A DNA stretch of 64,000 nucleotides from Vulcanimicrobiota bacterium (lineage in GTDB: Bacteria > Vulcanimicrobiota > Xenobia > Xenobiales > JADMJV01). Both the position numbers and the translations under genes were made by a program. This document shows, one piece after another, positions 36,290-45,029 of the stretch (position 1 is its first letter; each line of letters opens with the position of its first letter). Below the pieces are notes generated by a model. That model was not told the origin of the DNA, made no database searches, and worked only from the letters and a program-made list of their open reading frames with translations. The stretch lies in NCBI GenBank assembly GCA_050250895.1, contig JBFWNU010000001.1, forward strand, positions 2,884,891 through 2,948,890, in the 5' to 3' direction.

Positions 36290-37042
36290 CTAGTAGAGCC
36301 GATAGAAGCGAAAGGCCTTGGGCCACTCTACCCGGGGGCAGAAGGCGAGGGCGACGGGCTGGTCGCCTAAGGCCGATTCGCGGATCACGATGTGGTGCTC
36401 GAAGGCTTGGGCCTGCTCGAATTCGCGCTGACTGACCCGGCACACGACCTTGTGAAAGCGGCTGTAAAGCCAGCACCGCAGCTGCCAGGCCTGCGAGAAG
36501 CGCTCGATGCAAGCCACGGCCGCGTGGGCGGCGGCTACGATGGCCCGGCCGGGGGCGAGGTCTTCTTGGACCAGGATGTACATCTTGAGCTGGTCTTCGT
36601 AGAAGTCGTCCAGGCGTTCGTATTCGGCCGCCTGGTCGCTGACCCAAGCGACCGCCTCGTCGACACCCGCATGAAGCTGGGCCCCGGGCAAGAGGCTGTC
36701 GAGGTGGCAGTCGGGGCCGGCCACGACGGCGATGGGGAAAGCCGGTAAGACGGGGTCAGGGTCGAGGCAGAACAGGCGCAACAGGCTGTCGCCCCACGAG
36801 TAGGCGAGCCGAGAGAAGTCGAGCACCAGGCCGTGGGGGTGGCAGAGGTGGTAGTAGCGATGAAACTCCGACTCCATGAAGGCGGCGTCGGCGTTGCCGG
36901 GCGAGCCGGGGCGATACTCGCCGTGAAAGGCCAAAACCAGAACGGGCCTGGCGAACTCGGCGCGACAGCTAAGCGAGCTGAAGTCGGCGGGGTTGATCAC
37001 ACCGCGTGGGACACATAGGACAATGATAGCCAATATTGCCAT
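36290..37042 (-). CDS. Protein with C-terminal peptidyl-tRNA hydrolase 2 (PTH2)-like domain
   Basis: KMYILV...GRAIVAAAHAAV...W...FHKVVCRV...VALAFCP. The N-terminal ~140 aa are unrecognised and the start is uncertain. Confidence 0.7.
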   Translation of the reverse strand: MAILAIIVLCVPRGVINPADFSSLSCRAEFARPVLVLAFHGEYRPGSPGNADAAFMESEFHRYYHLCHPHGLVLDFSRLAYSWGDSLLRLFCLDPDPVLPAFPIAVVAGPDCHLDSLLPGAQLHAGVDEAVAWVSDQAAEYERLDDFYEDQLKMYILVQEDLAPGRAIVAAAHAAVACIERFSQAWQLRCWLYSRFHKVVCRVSQREFEQAQAFEHHIVIRESALGDQPVALAFCPRVEWPKAFRFYRLY

Positions 37043-37102
37043 CTTGTCAAGGGGGCGGGCCGGGCAAGATGACCTGGCGTCTCCCGACAGCTACAATAGA
37101 GG

Positions 37103-37186
37103 GACCGGCTTCGGTGGTCGTGTTGTCGTGGAGGCAGCACTCGGCGAGGGCTACTCGTGCAGCGCGCTCGGCCATCAGCAGAGCCT
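37103..37186. repeat. Degenerate copy of 42305-42384 (5' part of a PilX-like gene)
   Basis: Shared TTCGGTGGTCGTGTTGTC and CTCGGCCATCAGCAGAGCCT blocks with indels between them. Confidence 0.8.
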
Positions 37187-37237
37187 CCGTATGGGGGGCG
37201 GGACAGGGCAGTTACGGGCGGTGACGAAGCCCAGACC

Positions 37238-38476
37238 ATGGATAGGAAGATGTTACTCCTGGCTGTGCTGCTCTTGTTGGCCTTTGGTTGTGATTCCGAA
37301 GACGTCAACTTCCCGAGCGGAAGCACTCCCGTGATCGGCCCGGCAGCGGCCAACGACACCTATAACGCGGTGGTCAACGCGCCGCTCACTGCGACTGCGG
37401 CTCAGGGGGTGCTGCTCAACGACCCGGTCCCGGCCCCCGTGACCGCCTTCGACAACCCCAGTGCCCAGGGCGGCACGGTAGCGGTCAATGCCGACGGCTC
37501 CTTCACCTACACGCCGGCCAACAACTTCCAGGGCACGGACACCTTCACCTATACCACCGCCAACGGCAGCGGTCAGGCCTCCGCAACGGTTACCGTGACA
37601 GTCGCCGGTGGGGTCATCTTCGTGAATAACCAGTCCGGTGGAGGCACGGGCGGCTTCAACGACCCCTTCCCGACCCTGGCCCAGGCAGTGGCCGCTTCGG
37701 TCCCCGGTGACACCATCTTCCTGTTCCGCGGCAACGGCACAACCAACGGCTACAACACTCCCGTGCAACTCAAAGCCAACCAGCGCCTGGTCGGCGAGGG
37801 CACCGGCCTCATCACCGCCCGCCAGGACATCCTGGCTCAAGGCACCGTCGTGCCCTCTGGAGCCTTCCCTGTCCTGACCGGCCCGGTCACGATGGCCGAC
37901 GGCTGCACCGTTCAGGGTTTGCGCTTTGAAAACCCCAGCAATATGATGGCGAATGTGTTCGCCGTAACGGTTCCGGTGACACCCGTGGTCACAGATGGGA
38001 CCGTCAGCAACAACCAGTTCATTGGTTATGGCGCGGGAGTGGAAGTATCAAGTGCCGTAGGCACCTGGACCATCCGCGAGAACTTATTTCAGAATGGCAT
38101 AGTGGCCATCGTCATAAACGGAGCCCTCCTCAGTGGACAGACCACTTACTTCATCACGGACAACCGGGCGCAAGGCTTCGGTCAGTTTCTGTTTCTCTCC
38201 GCCGCCAACAATGCCAATGTGAGAGCCCAGTTGCTGAACAACGTTGTCGTGAACCCGACCGGCACCCGTAGCTTCGTCTTCGACGCTCGCGACAACGGCG
38301 TCTTGTGTCTCGACTTGGTCAGCAATGATGGGGCCGGAGATTTCGAATTTGGCCAATTCGACTTGAGCGTTCTCAGCGTTGAGCAATTCTTACAGCTGGG
38401 CACGCTGAACACGGGCTCAGTGACTGTGCCGTTCGGGACCGTCACGGAGGTGGTCGATGGATTTTGCGGCTTCTAG
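37238..38476 (+). CDS. Ig-like/beta-helix lipoprotein, copy 2
   Basis: ATG 37238, lipobox AFGC, same domain motifs as copy 1, ends DGFCGF. Confidence 0.85.
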   Translation: MDRKMLLLAVLLLLAFGCDSEDVNFPSGSTPVIGPAAANDTYNAVVNAPLTATAAQGVLLNDPVPAPVTAFDNPSAQGGTVAVNADGSFTYTPANNFQGTDTFTYTTANGSGQASATVTVTVAGGVIFVNNQSGGGTGGFNDPFPTLAQAVAASVPGDTIFLFRGNGTTNGYNTPVQLKANQRLVGEGTGLITARQDILAQGTVVPSGAFPVLTGPVTMADGCTVQGLRFENPSNMMANVFAVTVPVTPVVTDGTVSNNQFIGYGAGVEVSSAVGTWTIRENLFQNGIVAIVINGALLSGQTTYFITDNRAQGFGQFLFLSAANNANVRAQLLNNVVVNPTGTRSFVFDARDNGVLCLDLVSNDGAGDFEFGQFDLSVLSVEQFLQLGTLNTGSVTVPFGTVTEVVDGFCGF

Positions 38477-39706
38477 CGAGTCCGCCAGACGACCACACGG
38501 AGGCGATCTCCCTCGGAGAGGAGTTGGTCGAGATCCAGCCGGAAGAACACACCCGAGTGTCCTATGTTGGCCTCCGCGATCCGCGTTCGCCAGGCCGATT
38601 CCACACGCGGCCAATATCTTGCAGCTGCGCTGCGGACGGGGCCTGGGGGCAGTTGCTGCCAATCCGAGAATGTCTCGGTAACTGACCGGCCTTCTTCGTC
38701 CGGATGGGTCCATTGAAGCGACAACTTGGAGGGATCCCACGCGTAACCACCCCTTCCGTCTGCGAAATCGCTAATTTGCAGTGGGGAGACTTGCAGCCCA
38801 TAGAGGCGAGCTGTGTCATCTGCGAGGTTCAACCGATCCTCCAGTTCAATATGCCCGGCCTCCGGCGCGTAGTAGAGGCGAGTGTCCTCGAGGTGCATGT
38901 CGCCCTGGGCGAGCAGCACGCCACGCACCTCGAGGTTATCGGCGGAGAAGCCGCCCTGGGTGGCCACCAGGCCGGTGAACACCGAGCCCTCACCGTGCAG
39001 CGTCACATCGCCGCCGGCCACCAGGGCGGTCAGGCCGGTGCTGGTCAACTGCGAGCCGCCGTGGACTTCCAGGCGACCGGTGCAGACCACGGCCCCCTGG
39101 CCGCGGATACCTCCGTGGACCACCAGGTCGCCGTCGACGTAGAGCAAGCCGCCGTCGAGGTCGAGGCCGTCACCGACGATCAAATCGCCCTGGCGGCGGG
39201 CGGGGCCGGCGACCGAGAGACGGTTCTCGAAGCTCGAGTCGAGCGAGCGCAGGTTGAGCTGGCCACGCGGGTCATAGGTGGTGGGGTCGATGGTGGCGAT
39301 GGCCTGGGCTTCGGAGAAGGGGCGCAGCTGGCCGCGCACCAGGCCGTGATTGTCCACCGAGCCGACCGCGCGCGCGTCGCCCAGCACCTCGCACTGTTGG
39401 CCCAGCACCAGAGCGGGACCGTTGCTATCGGTGGCGTTGCTCAGGATGTGGCCAGGAAAGAGCTCGTCCGGGTTGAGGCCATTCTCGAAGGCGGCCAGGT
39501 TCTCGACCGAGCCGACCAGCACGCGATCGGCCTCGATGCGCCCGTTCGAGGCGATCGAGTAGGGAAAGGGCGGGATGTGCAAGATGGCCTCGCGCACCAC
39601 CTGGCGGCCGCGACAGCTGCCGACAGCTACCAGGTGAATGGCGTGGGCCGGGACCATCGTGTGGCCGTAGCCCTCGCGCGGAGTCGACGAGGCCAGGTTG
39701 TTGAGA
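38473..39706 (-). pseudogene. 5'-truncated PilX-like gene, copy 2 (394-aa ORF lacking the prepilin leader)
   Basis: Homology to copy 3 stops abruptly at 39706; the first ~100 codons, including the leader, are missing. The remaining frame is intact. Confidence 0.75.
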
Positions 39707-39767
39707 AATCCCGCCTGCTCACCGAGCCCCGAACAGGGCAGTTCCGGGCGGTGACGAAGCCCAGACC

Positions 39768-41009
39768 ATGGATAAGAAGATGTTACTCCTGGCTGTGCTG
39801 CTCTTGTTGGCCTTTGGTTGTGATTCCGAAGACGTCAACTTCCCGAGCGGAAGCACTCCCGTGATCGGCCCAGCAGCGGCCAACGACACCTATAACGCGG
39901 TGGTCAACGCGCCGCTCACCGCCACTGCGGCTCAGGGGGTGCTGCTCAACGACCCGGTCCCGGCCCCCGTGACCGCTTTCGACAACCCCAGCGCCCAGGG
40001 CGGCACGGTAGCGGTGAATGCCGACGGCTCCTTCACCTACACGCCGGCCAACAACTTCCAGGGCACGGACACCTTCACCTATACCACCGCCAACGGCAGC
40101 GGTCAGGCCTCCGCAACGGTTACCGTGACAGTCGCCGGTGGGGTCATCTTCGTGAATAACCAGTCCGGTGGAGGCACGGGCGGCTTCAACGACCCCTTCC
40201 CGACCCTGGCCCAGGCAGTGGCCGCTTCGGTCCCCGGTGACACCATCTTCCTGTTCCGCGGCAACGGCACAACCAACGGCTACAACACTCCCGTGCAACT
40301 CAAAGCCAACCAGCGCCTGGTCGGCGAGGGCATCGGCCTCATCACCGCCCGCCAGGACATCCTGGCTCAGGGCACCGTCGTGCCCTCTGGAGCCTTCCCC
40401 GTCTTGACCGGCCCGGTCACGATGGCCGACGGCTGCACGGTCCAGGGTTTGCGCTTTGAAAACCCCAGCAATATGATGGTCAACACCTTCGCTGTCCTGG
40501 TCCCGGTCGTGCCCGTGGTGACTGACGGCACGATCAGCAACAACCAGTTCGTCGGCTACGGCGGCGGAGTGGACATCTCCAGCGGCGTGGGCACGTGGAA
40601 CCTGAGGAACAACTTATTCCAGAATGGGTTGGCCGCGATTTCTGTTAACGGCGCCCTGCAGAGTGGACAATCCACGTTTCTCATCACTGGTAACCGGGCC
40701 GAGGACTACGGCCAACTCCTGTTCATTTCCGCCGCTAACCTGGCTCAGGTGAGAGCCCAGGTGCGCAACAATGTAGTTGTCAACCCCACTAGTATACTCA
40801 TCTTTGTCTTCGATGCGGCGGACAACGGAGTTCTATGTCTCGACCTGGTTGGCAACGACGCGGCGAGCGGTTTGTTCGAGTTTGGTCAGTTCGATACAAG
40901 CACTCTGAATGTCGAGCAGTTCTCTCAAGTGAGTACACTGAATTCAGGGCAGGTCTCGGCGCTTACCGGGACCGTGACGGAGGTCGCGGACGGATTCTGT
41001 GGGTTCTAG
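39768..41009 (+). CDS. Ig-like/beta-helix lipoprotein, copy 3
   Basis: Near-identical to copy 2 up to ENPSNMM and diverged after it. Confidence 0.85.
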   Translation: MDKKMLLLAVLLLLAFGCDSEDVNFPSGSTPVIGPAAANDTYNAVVNAPLTATAAQGVLLNDPVPAPVTAFDNPSAQGGTVAVNADGSFTYTPANNFQGTDTFTYTTANGSGQASATVTVTVAGGVIFVNNQSGGGTGGFNDPFPTLAQAVAASVPGDTIFLFRGNGTTNGYNTPVQLKANQRLVGEGIGLITARQDILAQGTVVPSGAFPVLTGPVTMADGCTVQGLRFENPSNMMVNTFAVLVPVVPVVTDGTISNNQFVGYGGGVDISSGVGTWNLRNNLFQNGLAAISVNGALQSGQSTFLITGNRAEDYGQLLFISAANLAQVRAQVRNNVVVNPTSILIFVFDAADNGVLCLDLVGNDAASGLFEFGQFDTSTLNVEQFSQVSTLNSGQVSALTGTVTEVADGFCGF

Positions 41010-42532
41010 CGGCTTCGCCAAAGGACGATGCGCAAACGATCTGCTGCTGACAGTAGTTGATCGAGGTCCAGCCGGAATAGGAGTCTGGAATGCCCCTGGT
41101 TGGCTCTATCGATAGCTGATCGCCAGTCCGACTCCACACGCGACCAAAATCTTCCACCGTCTCTGCGGATCGGTCCCGGAGGCAGGAGTCGCCAATCCGA
41201 AAACGTCTCGGTTATCATGCTGCCTGCTCCGTCTGGATGGCTCCACTGGATCGACAACTTGGAAGGGTCCCAGGCGTAACCACCCTGTCCGTCCGCGAAG
41301 TCGCTAAGCTGGAGGCGGGGTAGACTCAGTCCTCTCAGTTCTGCCTGGGGGTCCTCCTCCACTTCCAACGTCCCTCCCAATTCAATGTGCCCGGCCTCAG
41401 GCACGTAGTAGAGGCGTGTGTCCTCCAGGTGCATGTCGCCCTGGGCGAGCAGCACGCCACGCACCTCGAGGTTGTCGGCGGAGAAGCCGCCCTGAGTGGC
41501 CACCAGGCCGGTGAACACCGAGCCCTCGCCGTGGAGCGTCACATCGCCGCCGGCCACCAGAGCCGTTAGGCCGGTGCTGGTCAACTGCGAGCCGCCGTTG
41601 ACTTCGAGGCGACCCGTGCAGACCACGGCACCCTGGCCGCGGATACCGCCGTGGACCACCAGGTCGCCGTCGACGTAGAGCAAGCCGCCGTCGAGGTCGA
41701 GGCCGTCACCGACGATCATGTCGCCCTGGCGCCGGGCGGGGCCGGCTACCGAGAGGCGGTTCTCGAAGCTCGAGTCGAGCGAGCGCAGGTTGAGCTGGCC
41801 GCGCGGGTCATAGGTGGTGGGGTCGATGGTGGCGATCGCCTGGGCTTCGGAGAAGGGGCGCAACTGGCCGCGCACCAGGCCGTGATTGTCCACCGAGCCG
41901 ACCGCCCGAGCGTCGCCCAGCACCTCGCACTGTGCGCCCAGCACCAGAGCGGGACCGTTGCTGTCGGTAGCGTTGCTCAGGATGTGCCCGGGGAAGAGCT
42001 CGTCCGGGTTGAGGCCATTCTCGAAGGCGGCCAGATTCTCGACCGAGCCGACCAGCACCCGGTCGGCCTCGATGCGGCCGTTCGAGGCGATCGAGTAGGG
42101 AAAGGGCGGGATGTGCAAGATGGCCTCGCGCACCACCTGGCGGCCGCGACAGCTGCCGATAGCTACCAGGTGAATGGCGTGGGCCGGGACCATCGTGTGG
42201 CCGTAGCCCTCGCGCGGAGTCGACGAGGCCAGGTTGTTGAGAGAGTATGGTGCATCACCCGCGGTGAAGCTGAGATGGGCCTCGCACTCGCCCGAGAGTA
42301 GAGTGACGGGTTCGGTGGTCGTGTTGTCCGAGAGTACGCGGCGAGCGGCTACCCGCAGGGCGCTCTCGGCCATCAGCAGAGCCTGCTCGCGGCCCTCGGC
42401 GTTGCGAGCCCGGGCCAGGTGCCCGCAGACCAGGTTGGCCAGGGTCAACAGCAGCATCGAGGCCAGTGCCGTCAACACCAGCACTCCCGCCAACCCCATG
42501 CCTTTACGTTTGTTGCTTGGTTGCGTGTTCAT
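41006..42532 (-). CDS. PilX/GspK-like minor pilin, copy 3
   Basis: KRKG|MGLAGVLVL leader, A..MAESA, and EAILHIPPFPYSIA shared with copy 1. ATG at 42532. Confidence 0.7.
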   Translation of the reverse strand: MNTQPSNKRKGMGLAGVLVLTALASMLLLTLANLVCGHLARARNAEGREQALLMAESALRVAARRVLSDNTTTEPVTLLSGECEAHLSFTAGDAPYSLNNLASSTPREGYGHTMVPAHAIHLVAIGSCRGRQVVREAILHIPPFPYSIASNGRIEADRVLVGSVENLAAFENGLNPDELFPGHILSNATDSNGPALVLGAQCEVLGDARAVGSVDNHGLVRGQLRPFSEAQAIATIDPTTYDPRGQLNLRSLDSSFENRLSVAGPARRQGDMIVGDGLDLDGGLLYVDGDLVVHGGIRGQGAVVCTGRLEVNGGSQLTSTGLTALVAGGDVTLHGEGSVFTGLVATQGGFSADNLEVRGVLLAQGDMHLEDTRLYYVPEAGHIELGGTLEVEEDPQAELRGLSLPRLQLSDFADGQGGYAWDPSKLSIQWSHPDGAGSMITETFSDWRLLPPGPIRRDGGRFWSRVESDWRSAIDRANQGHSRLLFRLDLDQLLSAADRLRIVLWRSR

Positions 42533-42539
42533 TGGCCCG

Positions 42540-42655
42540 AGTATAGACCGGGTCAAGGCGCGCTTGCAGTGACCATGCCCGAACTGTCTCGGTGATGCCC
42601 GTCACGCCCGCGGCGGACCGTCATCACTGTCGCGGTCCCCAGACTGCGCTAGGCT
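42540..42655. promoter_or_regulatory. Divergent promoter pair with GGTGA-N6-TCACG (42591-42606) and flanking half-sites
   Basis: Half-sites GTGA 42569 and TCAC 42624. -10 TATACT (minus, 42545) and TAGGCT (plus, 42650). Same spacing as at 33.2 kb. Confidence 0.65.
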
Positions 42656-42674
42656 GGGGCCAATGGAGGTGCTT

Positions 42675-43013
42675 ATGCACAAGCGAAGAGGGTTCTCCCT
42701 GCTGGAGATGACCACGGCGGTCGGGGTGGCCGCAGTCATGGTGATGACTTTTCTCTCGACCGTGTTTCCCACGGTGGTCGCCAATCGGCGCGCCGAGATC
42801 AGGCTGCAGGCCCAGGATATCGCCCTGGCGTGTCTGGTCGACAGTGAGGAGCTGCCGGCCGGCGAAGCGACCTTGGAGCCGGTCGCCCGCAATGGCAAAA
42901 GCTTTCAGCGCAAGGTGTCCAAGGTGGCGGGACCGGACGGGATGTTCCAGGTCGTCGCTACCGTCGTTTGCGATGGCGTCGAGGTTCGACGCAGTCTGGT
43001 GGTGGCCCGATGA
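42675..43013 (+). CDS. Prepilin-type N-terminal cleavage/methylation protein
   Basis: KRRG|FSLLEM with E5; GGAGG SD. Confidence 0.85.
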   Translation: MHKRRGFSLLEMTTAVGVAAVMVMTFLSTVFPTVVANRRAEIRLQAQDIALACLVDSEELPAGEATLEPVARNGKSFQRKVSKVAGPDGMFQVVATVVCDGVEVRRSLVVAR

Positions 43014-43540
43014 ACCGCCGTCGAGGAATGAGTCTGCCCGAGCTTCTCATTGCCATCGCGATCATGGCCCTGGTCGCACCGATCGTTCTCAGAGGGCTGA
43101 GCCTGGCGGCCAGTGTCTATCGATCCGAGTCGCACCGCGTGGCGGTGAGCCAGCAGGCGCAAACCGTCTTTGACATCCTTCAGTTGGATCTCGACCGTTC
43201 GGCCCCCGAAGGAGTGCAGGTGGATGGCGATCGATTGGCCGTCCAGTTCATCGACGGGTTTACTCCCTCGGGTCAGCGCCATTGGGGCTCGCAGCTGGCG
43301 GTGTATTGGCTGCACGACGGCGAGTTGCGGCGCGAGGTGGTCCAGGTCGAGGCGGATCCGGGCCTGCCCAGGCGCGGCATTCCCGAGGTCGGTGGCGGAC
43401 GGCGACTGGCGCTCGAGGTCGAGCGATTCGAGCTTTCGCTGGGTGGCGACAGGGCGAGCTGTCAGCTCACCCTGGCCGGACTCGAGCGGGGGCGCACCCT
43501 GCTGATGATGAGTGGCTTTGACCTGGCCTCGCTACGGTGA
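43010..43540 (+). CDS. Prepilin-type protein (PilW/GspJ-like)
   Basis: RRRG|MSLPELLIAIAI; ATGA overlap with the previous gene. Confidence 0.85.
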   Translation: MNRRRGMSLPELLIAIAIMALVAPIVLRGLSLAASVYRSESHRVAVSQQAQTVFDILQLDLDRSAPEGVQVDGDRLAVQFIDGFTPSGQRHWGSQLAVYWLHDGELRREVVQVEADPGLPRRGIPEVGGGRRLALEVERFELSLGGDRASCQLTLAGLERGRTLLMMSGFDLASLR

Positions 43541-43602
43541 CCGGGATCACCCGGGCGCACCGGGGTCTGTCACTGAGAGGCGGTTCGTTGGCGGGCTACA
43601 AT
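43536..43602 (+). promoter_or_regulatory. GGTGA-N6-TCACC site, TCAC half-site and -10 TACAAT
   Basis: Sites at 43536-43551, 43570 and 43597, with spacing matching the other pilus promoters. Confidence 0.6.
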
Positions 43603-43626
43603 CTGAGAAACTCTAGGAGGCAAACC

Positions 43627-44946
43627 ATGCGAAAGATTCTCTTGTTCTTGCTACTCTTCTTGCCGGCGGCCGGCCAGGATATGCGCCAGGTGGTGGTGCG
43701 CACCAATCCTCCCGGAGCCGAGGTTTATCGAGTCGATGTCAGCGAGCCCGGCGACGGCTATCTGGGTGTCAGCGGCGAGCAGCCGATTCTGCTCCCGGTG
43801 GGCGACTTCGAGGTGGTCATCAGCCTCGACGGACACGCTCCCTATAAGGGCTTCGTCAAGAGCTATCACACTCAGAATGGCGTCTGGCCCGAGCCTCCCC
43901 AGCCGGCCATCGAACTGAGTGCCCAGAGTCCGCTGGTGGCCCTGCGCGATGCCTGGCAGCTGCGGCCGGGGCTGGTCCTCACGGTGGCTCTGGGCGTACT
44001 CGGCGTGCTGGCCGGAGGGCTGGGACTGGTGGTGTCTCGGCGCGAGCGCCAGCGCCAGGCCCGCACCATCGAAGAACTGGAGTCGGTTCAGGAGGCTGGT
44101 GGAGACAATCTGCTCGGGCGCCTTCTGCCCACCGGGCATCGGCTGACCACCCTGCTGGGGGTAGGCGGGTTTGGCAAAGTTTATCTGGCCGACGGACCCG
44201 ACGAGCAGGCTGCGGTGAAGATTCCGTTCTTCGACTGGATTACCGATCCTCGCGATTTGCGCGAGGCCCAGGGGCGCTTTGACCGCGAGATCGCCATCTG
44301 CGCTCGCATGAGTCACCCCAACATCGTGCGCATCTACGACTGGGGACAAGAGGAGAACTTCCACTACTTCGTGATGGAATACCTCGAGGGCAAGACCCTC
44401 AAAGCCAGCCTCGAGGAGTGGGAGCAAACGGGCCGCCCCCAGCTGGGCAGCCTCTATCGCCTGGCCGAGCAGCTCTTCGCTGGGCTCTGCTACGCTCACC
44501 ATAAGGGCGTCGCCCATCGCGACATCAAGCCCGAGAACATCATGCTGCGAGACTCCGGCCGGCTCAAGCTGATGGATTTCGGAGCCGCCTGGGGAGACAA
44601 GTTCGTCGAGGTCACCCGCACCGGTGGTGGGGTCTGCAGCCTGCTCTACGCTGCTCCCGAGTGCATCAATCCGGCCGCCGCCAAAGGCAAACGCGACTTC
44701 CGCGCTTTCGACCAGTTCTCGCTGGGAGTCGTGCTTTATGAGATGCTGGCCGGAGTGCGTCCCTTCGCCGACCATGACCTGCTCAAGATGACGCCGGCGC
44801 GTCCCGTTCGCCAACACAACCCCGAGGTTCCCGAGCAACTCGAGCGGGTGCTGGCACGAATGCTGGCCTTCCGTCCCGAGCAACGGTTCGACGACCTTCA
44901 CGAGGCTCGTCGGGCCTTCGAGGCGGCCGTTTCCCAACTGGTGTGA
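43627..44946 (+). CDS. Membrane Ser/Thr protein kinase with extracytoplasmic PEGA domain
   Basis: Signal peptide, VRTNPPGAEV (PEGA), TM, GVGGFGKV, AAVK, HRDIKPEN, DFG and YAAPE. AGGAGG SD. Confidence 0.9.
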   Translation: MRKILLFLLLFLPAAGQDMRQVVVRTNPPGAEVYRVDVSEPGDGYLGVSGEQPILLPVGDFEVVISLDGHAPYKGFVKSYHTQNGVWPEPPQPAIELSAQSPLVALRDAWQLRPGLVLTVALGVLGVLAGGLGLVVSRRERQRQARTIEELESVQEAGGDNLLGRLLPTGHRLTTLLGVGGFGKVYLADGPDEQAAVKIPFFDWITDPRDLREAQGRFDREIAICARMSHPNIVRIYDWGQEENFHYFVMEYLEGKTLKASLEEWEQTGRPQLGSLYRLAEQLFAGLCYAHHKGVAHRDIKPENIMLRDSGRLKLMDFGAAWGDKFVEVTRTGGGVCSLLYAAPECINPAAAKGKRDFRAFDQFSLGVVLYEMLAGVRPFADHDLLKMTPARPVRQHNPEVPEQLERVLARMLAFRPEQRFDDLHEARRAFEAAVSQLV

Positions 44947-45008
44947 CGACCATCACTCTCGACCCTCGACGCCAATCACTGCCTCGCCCGCGCCGCTACG
45001 ACTAGACT
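44942..45008 (+). promoter_or_regulatory. TGTGA-N6-TCACT site, TCAC half-site and -10 TAGACT
   Basis: Sites at 44942-44957, 44976 and 45003. Confidence 0.65.
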
Positions 45009-45029
45009 GAAGGCAGATTGGAGGCTAAC

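Larger units (their letters stand above)
37203..42242. repeat. ~2.53-kb tandem duplication (37203-39706 versus 39733-42242)
   Basis: Near-identical 37203-37949/39733-40479 and 38840-39706/41376-42242; the middle ~0.9 kb is strongly diverged. Confidence 0.9.

Noticed and set aside
29355-42532. Shufflon or invertible DNA
   Set aside because: All repeats found are direct, and no site-specific recombinase is encoded in the window.
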